From: Azolla caroliniana | Lineage: Eukaryota; Plantae; Polypodiophyta | Direction of reading: 5' to 3' | DNA: 64,000 nt | NCBI GenBank assembly: GCA_043228905.1 | Contig: JBHGNT010000017.1 | Span: forward strand, 16,120,001 to 16,184,000 | In this document: one piece after another, positions 63,210 through 64,000 of the stretch | Layout of the letters: the number at the start of each line of letters is the position of its first letter | Numbering within the stretch: the stretch's first letter is position 1 | The notes under the pieces: generated by a model | Seen by the model: only the letters and a program-made list of their open reading frames with translations | Database searches by the model: none | Told to the model about the DNA's origin: nothing | Position numbers and translations under genes: made by a program

Positions 63210-64000
63210 TGTTAAGCGCTTGGATCACACCATGATCGGTAATGAAGAAGAGCGCATCGACAAGGACGTAGTATGGCTAAAGGACCTACGAAGAGGGAAT
63301 GGCAAGAGGAAATAGGACTAAGGGACGACCAAGTGTGAAAGGTCCACACCCTAAATGTAAATGCTATATAAACCACATAGTGGTGGCTTTGTAAGGGTTC
63401 TTCCATTTGTAAAGATCTCCCTATTGATTAAGAACTCGAGCTTCCTCTCCTCCTTGTAACCTTTAAGCTTAAGAGAGATTAGTGAGGTGTTTAGTTAGAG
63501 AACACTAACCTCTCTTCCTTGTTGGCGCTAGAACTCTTAGCAAATAGGGTTAATAAACATATTCATTACTCTTATTGTCTATATTCATTACCCTATTGTT
63601 TATGAGAGCGAGCTTGAGAGAGTGAGAGAGATATCATGCTTAATCATCTATTAATCATTAAGTGATTGTGAGGCTCGGAGGTGTCCGACAACCATCTCCG
63701 TCTGATTCGCCATCAAAAGGGTGTACGCCGGTCCAAACTCCGCAAACGACATCGAGGAGTTAACTCCATCGATACATAGATCCTACACATCTATTTGGCG
63801 CCACTGCCGGGGATATGATTGATGCTTGAAGTTGACTTTGAGTGGTCAAACATTCGTAGGCAACCCACTTAACGAGGGAAGAAATCGAAAGGAAATCACT
63901 ATTTATGTTAATTAATATGCCCATTATTTCACATTTTAATTAAGTTAATTTTTTGTTTTTATACTCACTATTTCACTTTTTAATTAAGTTAATTTTTAGT
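63210..64000 (+). mobile_element. 5' LTR (~63210-63789), PBS and leader of an Athila-like gypsy element
   Basis: TGTT start interrupting host gag; ctatataaa; PBS TGGCGCCACTGCCGGGGA (63796-63813) resembles the Asp-tRNA PBS of Athila; AT-rich leader runs to the window end. Confidence 0.8.

Overview
Eukaryotic land-plant nuclear DNA, probably a fern or other non-seed plant (inferred from the Tcn1-type chromoviruses, RTE-X-like LINEs and microsatellite-rich spliceosomal introns). Three intact multi-exon genes lie in the middle: TL29/APX4 (+, 11939-15353), an uncharacterised conserved plant protein ending in an acidic W-x-x-I motif (-, 29116-17523) and an IQ67-domain gene (+, 39403-42047). Both ends are stacks of nested LTR retrotransposons (Ty3/gypsy and Ty1/copia). 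There is also a 5'-truncated L1 LINE with an 18-bp TSD, degraded RTE-X-like LINEs and two hAT MITEs with 8-bp TSDs. The most notable signal is shared by two sequence-dissimilar LTR elements: a full-length chromovirus (57068-62742) and a 1.65-kb non-coding element (46036-47685). Neither has a tRNA PBS; each has a PBS perfectly complementary to its own predicted transcript 5' end (Tf1-type self-priming). Both also carry an antisense tRNA-like (A-box/B-box) module at the outer U3 end of every LTR, plus heat-shock-element-like motifs. The chromovirus also has a clear -1 frameshift signal. All coordinates were read by eye; no database searches were run.
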